Shown piece by piece: positions 1 to 8,134 of a stretch of DNA of 24,000 nt. The stretch covers positions 116,622-140,621 of the forward strand of contig NZ_JAQYWD010000004.1 in the NCBI RefSeq assembly GCF_030145145.1. Reading direction: 5' to 3'. Position numbers and translations under genes: made by a program. Numbering within the stretch: position 1 is the stretch's first letter; every line of letters starts with the position of its first letter. The stretch comes from Desulfobacula sp. GTDB taxonomy: Bacteria; Desulfobacterota; Desulfobacteria; Desulfobacterales; Desulfobacteraceae. The notes under the pieces are model-generated. The model was not told the DNA's origin. It did not search any database and saw only the letters and a program-made list of their open reading frames with translations.

Positions 1-586
1 TAATCATGGTTTGAATATTTTTTTGACTGTCCCGGATATCATTTAGCAGTGGTAAAACAGCCTCTGCATACCCATCCGACTCTTCCAGCGCCTTTTTCAA
101 ATGCAGGGAGGACACGGCAATTGAGGCATTAAACCCCTCTATGAGTGCCAGCTTGTCACCCAGTATATAATTAAAGGCATTTATCTTTTGGGCCAGTTCT
201 TTGCCTTCATCCTTTTTTCGCAACCGGATGGGATGAGAGATATCGCCTTCGATCATTTCATCAACGGTTTTTTCAAACCGGTAAAACGGACCTGCCACCC
301 GGTGGGTTAGAAATAAGGTAATGAGGAGTACACCGCCCCCCCCGAAAACGATCAACAGCCACTGGGTGCTGAGGATCTTTTTAAACAGTATTCCCGGGGT
401 TAACCCAATCTGCAGATGATAATCATCAAACACAATCGAGAGTGTATTTAAAGAAAAAAAACTGAATACCGCCACAAACAGGAGGCTTCCCATTACAGTC
501 AGCAGGAAATAATTAAACAGATACCGCCCTTGAAATTCTTTGTTGATAAAATAATTGCGTCGCTTATACTGGAGCCGGTTCGTCAT
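1..586 (-). CDS. HAMP-domain membrane protein, N-terminal part (the gene runs off the left edge of the window)
   Basis: Not in the ORF track because there is no stop in the window. My manual translation from the ATG at 586-584 gives MTNRLQYKRRNYFINKEFQGRYLFNYFLLTVMGSLLFVAVFSFF...WLLIVFGGGGVLLITLFLTHRVAGPFYRFEKTVDEMIEGDISHPIRLRKKDEGKELAQKINAFN. That is two hydrophobic helices followed by a HAMP-like linker. The frame stays open to position 2. The ATG overlaps the upstream gene's stop (ATGA at 583-586). Confidence 0.6.
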   Translation of the reverse strand, partial: MTNRLQYKRRNYFINKEFQGRYLFNYFLLTVMGSLLFVAVFSFFSLNTLSIVFDDYHLQIGLTPGILFKKILSTQWLLIVFGGGGVLLITLFLTHRVAGPFYRFEKTVDEMIEGDISHPIRLRKKDEGKELAQKINAFNYILGDKLALIEGFNASIAVSSLHLKKALEESDGYAEAVLPLLNDIRDSQKNIQTMI

Positions 587-1314
587 TTTTTCCTCCATAT
601 GTCTGCTGATGCCTTTATGGCACGGGTCCATTCATCCAACCGCTGTTCTTTTTTTTTATCCTGGATAAAGAGCGACACGCGTTTCATATCCACCGCCTGA
701 ACCGAATCCCCCGGCTGTTTTTTTTGGATATCATCCAGCCGGTAAACAGACACGCCATAGGCATCCGCCCGGGGATTTGAAGATTCCCCGGGGCTAAGGG
801 GCAATACGATAAATTTCAAATCATCAGACAAGTCGATAAAATCAGCATTAATTTTTTCAACGGTTTCATTGGTTTTTGCCTGTGCATCTTTCATGCTGGG
901 ATACACCTGCTTGGTCAATGACAGTGTTTGCTGACACAATCTCTCGTAGGCTGCCAGTTCGTCCGGGGTGACCGCCACCACCAGGGATGACAATTTCCGG
1001 TCCAGGAGAATTTTAATCAACGACTGTTCATAGAAATTTTCAACCGATTGCCGAAAACTTTCTTCTGTATTAATTTTCATGCGGATGGCTTCCTGGATCA
1101 GCAATTGCCGGTCAATGACCGATTCGATAAATTGTGCCCGGCTCATGTAGGACGGTTTTCTTTTCAGCATGGTTTCAAATTCATCTTCAGAAATAATCCG
1201 GTCGTTTATGGATAACACCGGTGATGACATTTCAACACGGGTATCCACCAGTCCATAGACGGCCAGGCCGGAACACACCATCATGATCACAATAATGTAG
1301 TAAATATACTTCAT
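583..1314 (-). CDS. Membrane-anchored periplasmic SurA-N-terminal/PpiD-like chaperone domain protein (function tentative)
   Basis: 243-aa ORF with an N-terminal hydrophobic anchor (IYYIIVIMMVCSGLAVYGL). The helical region that follows (INDRIISEDEFETMLKRK...IDRQLLIQEAIRM) resembles SurA N-terminal-type chaperone domains. It is translationally coupled to the downstream HAMP gene. Confidence 0.55.
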   Translation of the reverse strand: MKYIYYIIVIMMVCSGLAVYGLVDTRVEMSSPVLSINDRIISEDEFETMLKRKPSYMSRAQFIESVIDRQLLIQEAIRMKINTEESFRQSVENFYEQSLIKILLDRKLSSLVVAVTPDELAAYERLCQQTLSLTKQVYPSMKDAQAKTNETVEKINADFIDLSDDLKFIVLPLSPGESSNPRADAYGVSVYRLDDIQKKQPGDSVQAVDMKRVSLFIQDKKKEQRLDEWTRAIKASADIWRKK

Positions 1315-1374
1315 CCTTGTTTTGTCCTTTACCTCAACTTATTGAAGACCGAACGTTGAGTCCTTTAATTAAAA

Positions 1375-1830
1375 TTAATCGTCAACAATCAGTCGGCCGG
1401 TATTTCTCTCCACCTGAATGCAGCGGTCATCATAGAGCCTTTGCATACCATAGTCTTTAATATTCGTTATTTCAAGATCCGGCAGGCCATTGTCCCGCAG
1501 CCATTTTCGAATAATCGGCACCTGATCGGGATCCTCTACCCGGGCCGTGAAAATTTTAACCCGTATGCCGTTGTTGATCATTTTTTTAACCAGTGCCAGC
1601 ATGGCGGGAACCGGTTCGCCCACCTTGCCATATGCGGCTGTCCGGCTATAATGGGCCAGGGTTCCGTCAAGGTCCACGCCGGTCCAGATCCTGGGGCGTT
1701 CCCGGGTTGATGTGTCAAACGCGTCAGGCGTATCCGCCCTTGCCGGACCAGGGGACCCAATGGCATATTCCCTGGACACCTGCTCTTTTGCTTTTTTAAA
1801 ATATTTTTTTATTGAATTTAGCATGGTCAT
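1375..1830 (-). CDS. HAD-superfamily-like small phosphatase/hydrolase
   Basis: 151-aa ORF carrying the DxDxT motif (GVDLDGTLA) typical of HAD motif I. Overlapping antisense ORFs are shorter and low-complexity. Confidence 0.6.
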   Translation of the reverse strand: MTMLNSIKKYFKKAKEQVSREYAIGSPGPARADTPDAFDTSTRERPRIWTGVDLDGTLAHYSRTAAYGKVGEPVPAMLALVKKMINNGIRVKIFTARVEDPDQVPIIRKWLRDNGLPDLEITNIKDYGMQRLYDDRCIQVERNTGRLIVDD

Positions 1831-1877
1831 TTATATAATATAAAATTTGTTGAAAACAAATAAAAAGGGAGTTTCTG

Positions 1878-2798
1878 TTGAAAAAAGTCATATGTCTGAT
1901 GATACTGCTCGTATCTTTATCTGCCCCCGGGTTCGCCGACACCCAGAAAGACCTGTTTGAAACTGGGGTTCGCCTGTTCAAACAAGGGCACTACCAGAAA
2001 GCGGTGGAGAGGTTTTCACAGTTGATCCAACTGGCTCCCGACCATGCAGATGCCTACAAAAACCGGGGGGTATCCTACATGAAACTGGAAAAATTTGATC
2101 TTGCGATCCAGGATTTTGAAACCGCAAAAACATTGTTTCCAGAACTGAAAGGACTCTATAGTAACCTTGGCGTGGCCTGGTATTACAAGAAAGACTATGA
2201 AAAAGCCATAGAAAGCTATGATACTGAAATCCAGATGGATTCAGAAAACCATGTGGCCTATTTTAACCGGGCCCTGTGCCTTGCTGAACTGGGCAGAAAC
2301 ACGGATGCCCTTGATGACCTGTCCAGAACACTGGCCCTTAAACCTGAATTTTACTGGGCCCTCTGCTATAAGGCGGATCTGCTTGCCCTGTCCGGGCAGG
2401 ATATCCAGGCCATCAAAGCCTATGAAGCCGCCATCCGCCAGGACCCGGAAGACACGTATGCCCGGGAAAAACGGGTGCAGCTCAAGCAAAAAATGGGCAC
2501 CAAAGAATCGCCTGACCTGCCCAAGCCCCCTTTGGGAAACCCAAAAGAGGATCCGCTTCAATATACCCTTCAGGCCGGCGCATTTCTCAATCCAACCAAT
2601 GCCGACAAAATGAACACCAGATTACGGGATAACGGTTTTGATGCAAGGATACTGACACTCAAAGGGGCCAAAAACAAAACCTGGTACCTGGTCAGGTCAG
2701 GCCATTATGCAACAAAGGATGCCGCTCATAAGGCCGCTGAAATGCTAATGCAGACCCTTGCCGTAACATCGGTGGTCCGCACCAGGGACTCCTGGTAA
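1878..2798 (+). CDS. Secreted TPR-repeat protein with a C-terminal SPOR (peptidoglycan-binding) domain
   Basis: TTG start at 1878 preceded by AAGGGA (1865-1870). Signal peptide MKKVICLMILLVSLSAPGFA. Repeated TPR signatures follow (AYKNRGVSYMKLEKFDLAIQDF, YSNLGVAWYYKKDYEKAIESY, and others). The C-terminus YTLQAGAFLNPTNADKM...WYLVRSGHYATKDAA is SPOR-like. Confidence 0.8.
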   Translation: MKKVICLMILLVSLSAPGFADTQKDLFETGVRLFKQGHYQKAVERFSQLIQLAPDHADAYKNRGVSYMKLEKFDLAIQDFETAKTLFPELKGLYSNLGVAWYYKKDYEKAIESYDTEIQMDSENHVAYFNRALCLAELGRNTDALDDLSRTLALKPEFYWALCYKADLLALSGQDIQAIKAYEAAIRQDPEDTYAREKRVQLKQKMGTKESPDLPKPPLGNPKEDPLQYTLQAGAFLNPTNADKMNTRLRDNGFDARILTLKGAKNKTWYLVRSGHYATKDAAHKAAEMLMQTLAVTSVVRTRDSW

Positions 2799-2816
2799 AA
2801 GACGCTGACAGTGGAA

Positions 2817-3887
2817 TCAGACTGAAAACCGGATGTTCAAGATATCGCCATCTTCAACTGTATAGTCTTTGCCTTCCACATAAATTCTGCCCGCCTTCTT
2901 GAGTTCAGCCTCACTGCCGGCTTCCATGAGGTCATCATATTTAAAGACCTCTGCCCGGATAAAGCCCCTTTCAAGATCGGAATGGATGACCCCGGCGGCC
3001 CTGGGGGCTCTTGCGCCCTTCCTGACCAGCCACTGGCGGACTTCATCTTTTCCCACGGTAAAAAAAGAAATCAGGTTCAACGATTTTAAACACAGCTTTG
3101 TCAGACTCTCAAGGGCTGTCTGGGTGATGCCAAGGTCCTGGAGGAACTCCTCTTTTTCTTCCTGGGTATCCAGCAGGGCAATCTCGGCCTCAACCTTTGC
3201 AGACACCAGCATGACTTCAATCTCCTGGGTTTCACAGCGAAGTTGAAACTGTGACAGCAACGGGCCACTTTCCAGGTCCTCTTCAGATACATTAACGGCG
3301 ATGACCAGTTTTTTCCGGGTAATAAACGGATAACTCCGGATCATCTTTTCTTCATCATCTGTTAATTCAATCCGTCTTAACGGGGTTTCCGATTCAAGGA
3401 ACTCTTTCAGGCGGCCCATCAGAACCAGCTCTTTTTGCTGATCCTCATCTTTTATTTTTTTGACCATTGCCTCCAGACGGTCGATGCGTTTTTCAACAAA
3501 TATCTGATCATGCATGATCAGTTCTGAATTGACCATTTCAAAATCTCTTATGGCATCCACAGAGCCTTCCGCATGGTAAATGGCATCATCTTCAAAGGCC
3601 CGGACCACATGGCAGATGGCATCCATGTCCGCGATATCCTTGAAAATGGATCCCTTGGCAATGGTTTCCGCTTCCATTTTCGGCAGCAATACAAGATCAA
3701 TTCTGGCCCTGACATTTTTTTTAGGGTCGTACATCTCCACCAGCCGATTAAATCTTGAATCAAGAATATCTGCAGCGCCGGGAACAGGCTTAGCTGCTTT
3801 GGACGGTTCTTTGATTTCATTTCCCGTTAAAATCTGAAACAATGTTTTTTTGCCTGTCTGGGGCAGGCCGATAATTCCAACCTTCAT
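2817..3887 (-). CDS. ychF: Redox-regulated ATPase YchF (Obg-like GTPase family)
   Basis: 356 aa. It has an N-terminal P-loop (GIIGLPQTGKKTLF). The C-terminal TGS/DUF933-type region FFTVGKDEVRQWLVRKGARAPRAAGVIHSDLERGFIRAEV closely matches the conserved YchF C-terminus. Confidence 0.9.
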   Translation of the reverse strand: MKVGIIGLPQTGKKTLFQILTGNEIKEPSKAAKPVPGAADILDSRFNRLVEMYDPKKNVRARIDLVLLPKMEAETIAKGSIFKDIADMDAICHVVRAFEDDAIYHAEGSVDAIRDFEMVNSELIMHDQIFVEKRIDRLEAMVKKIKDEDQQKELVLMGRLKEFLESETPLRRIELTDDEEKMIRSYPFITRKKLVIAVNVSEEDLESGPLLSQFQLRCETQEIEVMLVSAKVEAEIALLDTQEEKEEFLQDLGITQTALESLTKLCLKSLNLISFFTVGKDEVRQWLVRKGARAPRAAGVIHSDLERGFIRAEVFKYDDLMEAGSEAELKKAGRIYVEGKDYTVEDGDILNIRFSV

Positions 3888-3903
3888 GGGGTATGCGGTA
3901 TCC

Positions 3904-4218
3904 TTAAATTAAGTTAATTTTTTGTTTTTCCACCACTTGATTTTGCCGGTATAAAATCGCCACATGCCCTATCATGCCGGCGACATGGGATTTGGTAGCT
4001 TTGGCAACCGCCTGGATCAAGGCATTTTTTTGATCTTTTTCTTTAAAATCATTAAATTTCACTTTGATCAGTTCCGTGGCTTCAAGCGCTGTATCAACTT
4101 CTTCAATCAGCGCTTGGGTAACCCCCTTCTGACCGATAAATACAGCAGGGTTCAAATTATGGGCAAGCCCCCTTAAGTATTTCCGTTGTGATCCTTTTAA
4201 GTCTTTCAAGTCATGCAT
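3904..4218 (-). CDS. yhbY: Ribosome-assembly RNA-binding protein YhbY (CRM domain)
   Basis: 104 aa. LKGSQRKYLRGLAHNLNPAVFIGQKGVTQALIEEVDTALEATELIKVK matches the YhbY/CRS1 family signature. It lies 16 nt upstream of ychF on the same strand. Confidence 0.85.
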   Translation of the reverse strand: MHDLKDLKGSQRKYLRGLAHNLNPAVFIGQKGVTQALIEEVDTALEATELIKVKFNDFKEKDQKNALIQAVAKATKSHVAGMIGHVAILYRQNQVVEKQKINLI

Positions 4219-4426
4219 CCTTTAAAATATGGGTTAAGATAGATATCATATCATATAAAAAATAAGTTTTACAGTATAGTTGACCGCTCAATTTAAAAAT
4301 TAATTTGCCTTGCACCCCAATATATTGTAAACTAACTGCTTATTTAAAGTTACTGGAGTAAGGCACTATTTTCCAGTACTTTTATCGTTAACTCATGTTC
4401 ATTTTAAATTTAAAAAGACGTCTCAT

Positions 4427-6403
4427 ATGGATGTAAAACCAACTTATGAAGCATTGGAACAAAGGGTTCAAGAATTAGAGAAGTCTGAGAATAAACTGCG
4501 GGAAAGCGAAGAACGGTTTCGCGTGGCATTCCATACAAGTCCTGATGCAATCAATCTCAACAGGATTTCTGATGGAATGTATATCGATATCAATGAGGGG
4601 TTCAGCAGACTCACGGGGTATACCCGGGATGATATTTTTGGAAAAACCTCCCTTTCCCTGGACATCTGGGAAAACCCTGAAGACAGAAAACGACTGGTCG
4701 ATGGTTTGTCGCGGACAGGCCATGTGGAAAACCTGGAGGCCCGGTTTGTCCGAAAAGACAGAACTGTCGGCGTGGGCTTGATGTCCGCCCGGACCTTGCA
4801 AATCAATAATGAAATGGTCATTTTATCCGTAACCCGGGACATTACTACACTCAAAAAATCCGAGGTGGCATTGCGGAAGAGTGAAGAAAAATTCCGCCAA
4901 ATTTATAATAATATTCTGGATGTCTATTATGAAGCAAGCCTGGATGGGATTCTTTTAGAAATCAGCCCTTCAATTGAAAAAGTTTCTCAGTATAAGCGGG
5001 AAGAGCTTATCGGTAAATCACTCTATGAGATTTATACCCATCCTGGCGATCGGGATACCCTTATTGAGATAATTTTAGACAAGGAAATTGTCAAAGACTA
5101 TGAACTGAACCTTACAGATAAAAACAACACCCAACATATCTGTTCCATAAATATCGAACTGGTCAAAGACACAGCAGGTCGCCCGTTAAAGATAGTTGGT
5201 ATTTTTCGTGATATTTCAGATCGAAAAAAAATGGAAGATGAAAAAATTAACGCGCAAAAAATTGCAAATGAACATGAAAAACTGGCATTGGTGGGACAGG
5301 TCGCAGGAAAAATGGCCCATGATTTTAATAATGTCCTGGGGATTATCATGGGGAACGCCGAGCTCTCTCTTTTGGATTGCAAGGATGCTGAAACAAAACA
5401 GACCCTCGAATTGATATACCAGCAAACCATACGCGGTAAAAATTTAATAAAAAACCTGGTGGCATTTGCCAAAGACCAGGAACCCAAGCAGGAATTTTTT
5501 AAAATAAATGAAAAAATTGATCTTGTCATAAACCTGCTGAGAAAAGATTTGGACGGCATTGAGCTGATAACGGAAACCAAACCCGGAATACCGGATTTAC
5601 TAGCAGATCCCGGAATGATCGAACATGCCCTTGTAAACCTGATTCAAAACGCCATTCATGCCACCAGTAAGGCGGATGATCCGATGATCACCCTGCGATC
5701 GTATTGCCTTGACAATACGATCTGTTTTGAAATTCAGGACAATGGATGCGGCATCCCCAAAGAGCATTTAACCCATATTTTTGATCCCTCTTTTACCCTG
5801 AAGGGCAACAAGGACGTGACAGGTTCATATGCTCGGGGTATTAACGGCACCGGGTATGGGATGTCCAATGTTAAAAAATATATCGAACTGCACAAGGGTG
5901 ATCTTTCATTTGAATCCAAACCGGGCTCAGGAACAACCTTTACCATCTGTCTGCCGATTATTCGAAAACGATTAACCCGGCAGGAAAAAACAGATCTCCG
6001 GAAAGACATCACCTGTTCTGGAAAATATATTCTACTGGTTGAAGATGAAACCGCTATCTCAGATGTACAATACACGGTATTAACCCAGGATCCCTGCAGC
6101 CATAAAGTGGATATTGCCAATAACGGAACCGTTGCCATGGATTTGTTCAATCGAAATAAATATGATTTGATCAGTTTAGATCATGTTCTGCCAGGAAAAA
6201 CAAGTGGGATGGACGTGTATAAGCATATTCGACGAACCAACCAAACCCTTCCCATACTGTTTATTTCGGGCAATATCGAATTCCTGGAGTCGATAAAGGG
6301 TCTCAAACAAAAGGATGTCAATATTGCGCATCAATCAAAACCCTGTCAAAATAAAGAATATGTAAACAGCATCAACAACCTGCTCAAAAGGAGGCTGAAA
6401 TGA
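4427..6403 (+). CDS. Cytoplasmic hybrid sensor histidine kinase (coiled coil, PAS, PAS, HisKA, HATPase_c, REC)
   Basis: 658 aa with two PAS-like blocks (EERFRVAFHTSPDAINL... and EEKFRQIYNNILDVYYEASLDG...). H-box is GKMAHDFNNVLGIIMGNAEL, N-box is LIQNAIHA, and the G-boxes are DNGCGIP / GTGYGMS. A C-terminal receiver is present (ILLVEDE...DLISLDHVLPG...SKP). No TM segments are evident. Confidence 0.9.
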   Translation: MDVKPTYEALEQRVQELEKSENKLRESEERFRVAFHTSPDAINLNRISDGMYIDINEGFSRLTGYTRDDIFGKTSLSLDIWENPEDRKRLVDGLSRTGHVENLEARFVRKDRTVGVGLMSARTLQINNEMVILSVTRDITTLKKSEVALRKSEEKFRQIYNNILDVYYEASLDGILLEISPSIEKVSQYKREELIGKSLYEIYTHPGDRDTLIEIILDKEIVKDYELNLTDKNNTQHICSINIELVKDTAGRPLKIVGIFRDISDRKKMEDEKINAQKIANEHEKLALVGQVAGKMAHDFNNVLGIIMGNAELSLLDCKDAETKQTLELIYQQTIRGKNLIKNLVAFAKDQEPKQEFFKINEKIDLVINLLRKDLDGIELITETKPGIPDLLADPGMIEHALVNLIQNAIHATSKADDPMITLRSYCLDNTICFEIQDNGCGIPKEHLTHIFDPSFTLKGNKDVTGSYARGINGTGYGMSNVKKYIELHKGDLSFESKPGSGTTFTICLPIIRKRLTRQEKTDLRKDITCSGKYILLVEDETAISDVQYTVLTQDPCSHKVDIANNGTVAMDLFNRNKYDLISLDHVLPGKTSGMDVYKHIRRTNQTLPILFISGNIEFLESIKGLKQKDVNIAHQSKPCQNKEYVNSINNLLKRRLK

Positions 6404-6615
6404 CAACACAAAAGATAACGTTGACAATTGACGGCATGAGTTGCGGCCATTGCTCGACAATGGTCCAGAGAACCCTTGACGCAATTGAGGGTATTTCCAA
6501 TGTATCGGTGGATCTTGACGGGAAACAGGCCCGGTTTGATACGGATACGCCAGCACGCATTGAGACCGCTATTCAACAGATAAATGAAGCCGGTTATACG
6601 GCATCACGGCCGTAG
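6400..6615 (+). CDS. Heavy-metal-associated (HMA) domain protein, CopZ/MerP-like metallochaperone
   Basis: 71 aa with the canonical GMSCGHC metal-binding motif (nt 6433-6453) and a sequence pattern consistent with a ferredoxin-like fold. Its ATG overlaps the kinase stop (ATGA at 6400-6403). Confidence 0.85.
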   Translation: MTTQKITLTIDGMSCGHCSTMVQRTLDAIEGISNVSVDLDGKQARFDTDTPARIETAIQQINEAGYTASRP

Positions 6616-6619
6616 TCCA

Positions 6620-7786
6620 ATGGCTTCTCCGGTTCAACCCAGACAGACCCTCTCAACCCCGGGCGTTACAATCCTGTCGGGTATGGATGGGCAAATTCCC
6701 GCCGGTCTGCCCGTGAGTGCCGCCCCCCTGGCAGCACATGAAAAACCGGGCTATAGGATGTGTTCATATGTAAAAACATTCATCAAAACCGATGCAGGGC
6801 ATATTCCCATCATCACCTCCCTGCTGGGAAAAGCAGACCTTTTTTCAACTTTTTATGTCAGATGCGGCATCAACCGACATCAATATACAGTGGCTCCCGG
6901 ACTTTACGGCATTGGAGAGCCGGATAAAACTTCTGACGTACTGGTGACAGCAAATTTTAAATTGACCTTTGATCACCTGAGAAAGGCACTTGCACACGTG
7001 AATGCATGGATCCTTGTCCTGGATACAAACGGCGTCAATGTCTGGTGTGCGGCAGGCAAGGGAACCTTTTCCACCCGGGAACTGGTGACAAGGATTAAAA
7101 CCACGTCCCTTGATAAAATTGTGGATCACAAAAGGGTCATCGTTCCCCAACTGGGTGCCACGGGTGTGTCTGCAAAGGATGTGAAAACTCAGTCCGGGTT
7201 CAGGGTGGTATATGGTCCCATCCGGGCCAATGATATTCCGGTTTTTTTACAGAACCATAGAATCGCGGACAAACAGATGCGACAGATCACCTTCAGCCTG
7301 TATGAACGGTTTATTCTCACCCCCGTGGAAATTCAGATGGCGCTGAAACCATCTTTGATCGCCATCATTGCCCTGTTCATCCTTTCAGGTTTTGGCCCGG
7401 GTATATTTTCTTTTTCCGGGGCCTGGGAAAGAGGGGTCCTGGCGGTTTATGCCCTGGTGGCCGGCATCATTTCCGGGGCCATTGCTACCCCGGTACTCCT
7501 GCCCTTTATTCCCTCCAGGGCCTTTGCCCTCAAGGGGATCATTGTTGGAAGTATCTTTGCCGTACTTGTTTTGCTGCCAATGGCAAATACCATTAACGGC
7601 ATCGCCGGAGGCCTGGCACTTTTTTTATTCAGTGTGACCATCAGCTCGTATCTGGCCATGAACTTTACCGGGGCAACACCGTTCACCTCACCTTCCGGGG
7701 TTGAACACGAGATGAAACAGTACATCCCGGTGCAGTTGGCGTGCCTTGCGATATCAACCGGGCTGTGGATATATGCTGCCTTTTAA
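6620..7786 (+). CDS. hgcA: Mercury methylation corrinoid protein HgcA
   Basis: Contains the diagnostic HgcA cap-helix motif N-V-W-C-A-A-G-K (GVNVWCAAGKGTF, nt 7037-7060; Cys codon 7046-7048). It sits in a CFeSP-like corrinoid domain followed by a multi-helix C-terminal TM domain (LIAIIALFILSGFGPG...LWIYAAF). The start is uncertain. The ORF opens at 6584, which overlaps the HMA gene by 32 nt; in-frame ATGs at 6620 (chosen) and 6683 are alternatives, and none has a strong SD. Confidence 0.9.
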   Translation: MASPVQPRQTLSTPGVTILSGMDGQIPAGLPVSAAPLAAHEKPGYRMCSYVKTFIKTDAGHIPIITSLLGKADLFSTFYVRCGINRHQYTVAPGLYGIGEPDKTSDVLVTANFKLTFDHLRKALAHVNAWILVLDTNGVNVWCAAGKGTFSTRELVTRIKTTSLDKIVDHKRVIVPQLGATGVSAKDVKTQSGFRVVYGPIRANDIPVFLQNHRIADKQMRQITFSLYERFILTPVEIQMALKPSLIAIIALFILSGFGPGIFSFSGAWERGVLAVYALVAGIISGAIATPVLLPFIPSRAFALKGIIVGSIFAVLVLLPMANTINGIAGGLALFLFSVTISSYLAMNFTGATPFTSPSGVEHEMKQYIPVQLACLAISTGLWIYAAF

Positions 7787-7809
7787 ACCGAACGTTAAAG
7801 GAGTCAACC

Positions 7810-8100
7810 ATGAAAGACATCAGATATCTGGATGACATATCAAGCCTGGTGCTGACAGATGAAAAATGCGTCGGGTGCGGCCTGTGTATCGAAGTCTGCC
7901 CCCACGGCGTGTTTGAAATGCAACACAACAAAGCCCGTATTGTTGATTTCAATGCCTGCATGGAATGTGGTGCCTGTGTGAACAATTGTCCTTCAGGCGC
8001 CCTCTCCGTCAGTCCCGGGGTGGGCTGAGCCGCCTATATTATCCAGGTCTGGATAAAAGGCAAAGAAAACGCATCCTGTGGCACGGGCGGGTGCTGCTGA
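7810..8100 (+). CDS. hgcB: Mercury methylation ferredoxin HgcB, proposed selenoprotein (in-frame UGA at codon 73 read as Sec; 96 aa)
   Basis: ATG at 7810 with AAAGGAG at 7797-7803. Two CX2CX2CX3CP motifs are present (CVGCGLCIEVCP, CMECGACVNNCP). The ORF track stops at TGA 8026-8028 after ...SVSPGVG. The same frame continues as AAYIIQVWIKGKENASCGTGGCC to TGA 8098-8100. This restores the conserved GVG-C-AA context (Cys73 in the reference HgcB) and the C-terminal Cys-Cys pair. Confidence 0.75.
8039..8056 (+). promoter_or_regulatory. SECIS-like recoding hairpin within hgcB
   Basis: TTATCCAG-GT-CTGGATAA is a perfect 8-bp inverted repeat (8039-8046 / 8049-8056). It begins 11 nt after the UGA. The apex CAGGUCUG is the same octamer I recall from the apical part of the E. 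coli fdhF SECIS. Confidence 0.5.
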
Positions 8101-8134
8101 CCCCATAAGAATGCTTGGGGTCAGGCTTTCTTTA
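8097..8134 (+). terminator. Candidate intrinsic terminator of hgcB
   Basis: CTGACCCCA (8097-8105) pairs with TGGGGTCAG (8116-8124) across a 10-nt loop, followed by a T-rich GCTTTCTTTA. The left arm overlaps the hgcB stop codon. Confidence 0.45.

Noticed and set aside
4219-4426. A possible sigma54-type promoter (GGCAC...TTCC near 4361-4375) upstream of the hybrid kinase.
   Set aside because: The GG-N10-GC spacing and the TTGC element are not satisfied, since CC replaces GC. It is only an AT-rich intergenic region with no callable promoter.
5098-5580. A 160-aa minus-strand ORF, along with similar antisense ORFs at 4468-4854, 11433-11915, 2218-2613 and 9226-9630.
   Set aside because: All lie fully inside strongly supported genes on the opposite strand and lack motifs. 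They are shadow ORFs.
6584-6619. The earliest in-frame start for hgcA (6584), overlapping the HMA gene by 32 nt.
   Set aside because: It cannot be excluded, but it has no SD and the added residues (MKPVIRHHGRSP) are not part of any conserved HgcA region I recognise. I chose 6620; 6683 is also possible.
7741-8028. The ORF-track model of the ferredoxin gene (95 aa, start 7741, stop 8028).
   Set aside because: The first 23 codons overlap the hgcA 3' end and have no RBS, whereas ATG 7810 has AAAGGAG upstream and gives the canonical MKD(I/F)RYL HgcB N-terminus. The stop at 8026-8028 removes the conserved Cys73 and the C-terminal Cys-Cys. I favour UGA=Sec read-through to 8100. A recent nonsense mutation (pseudogene) remains the alternative and is stated as the refutation condition.
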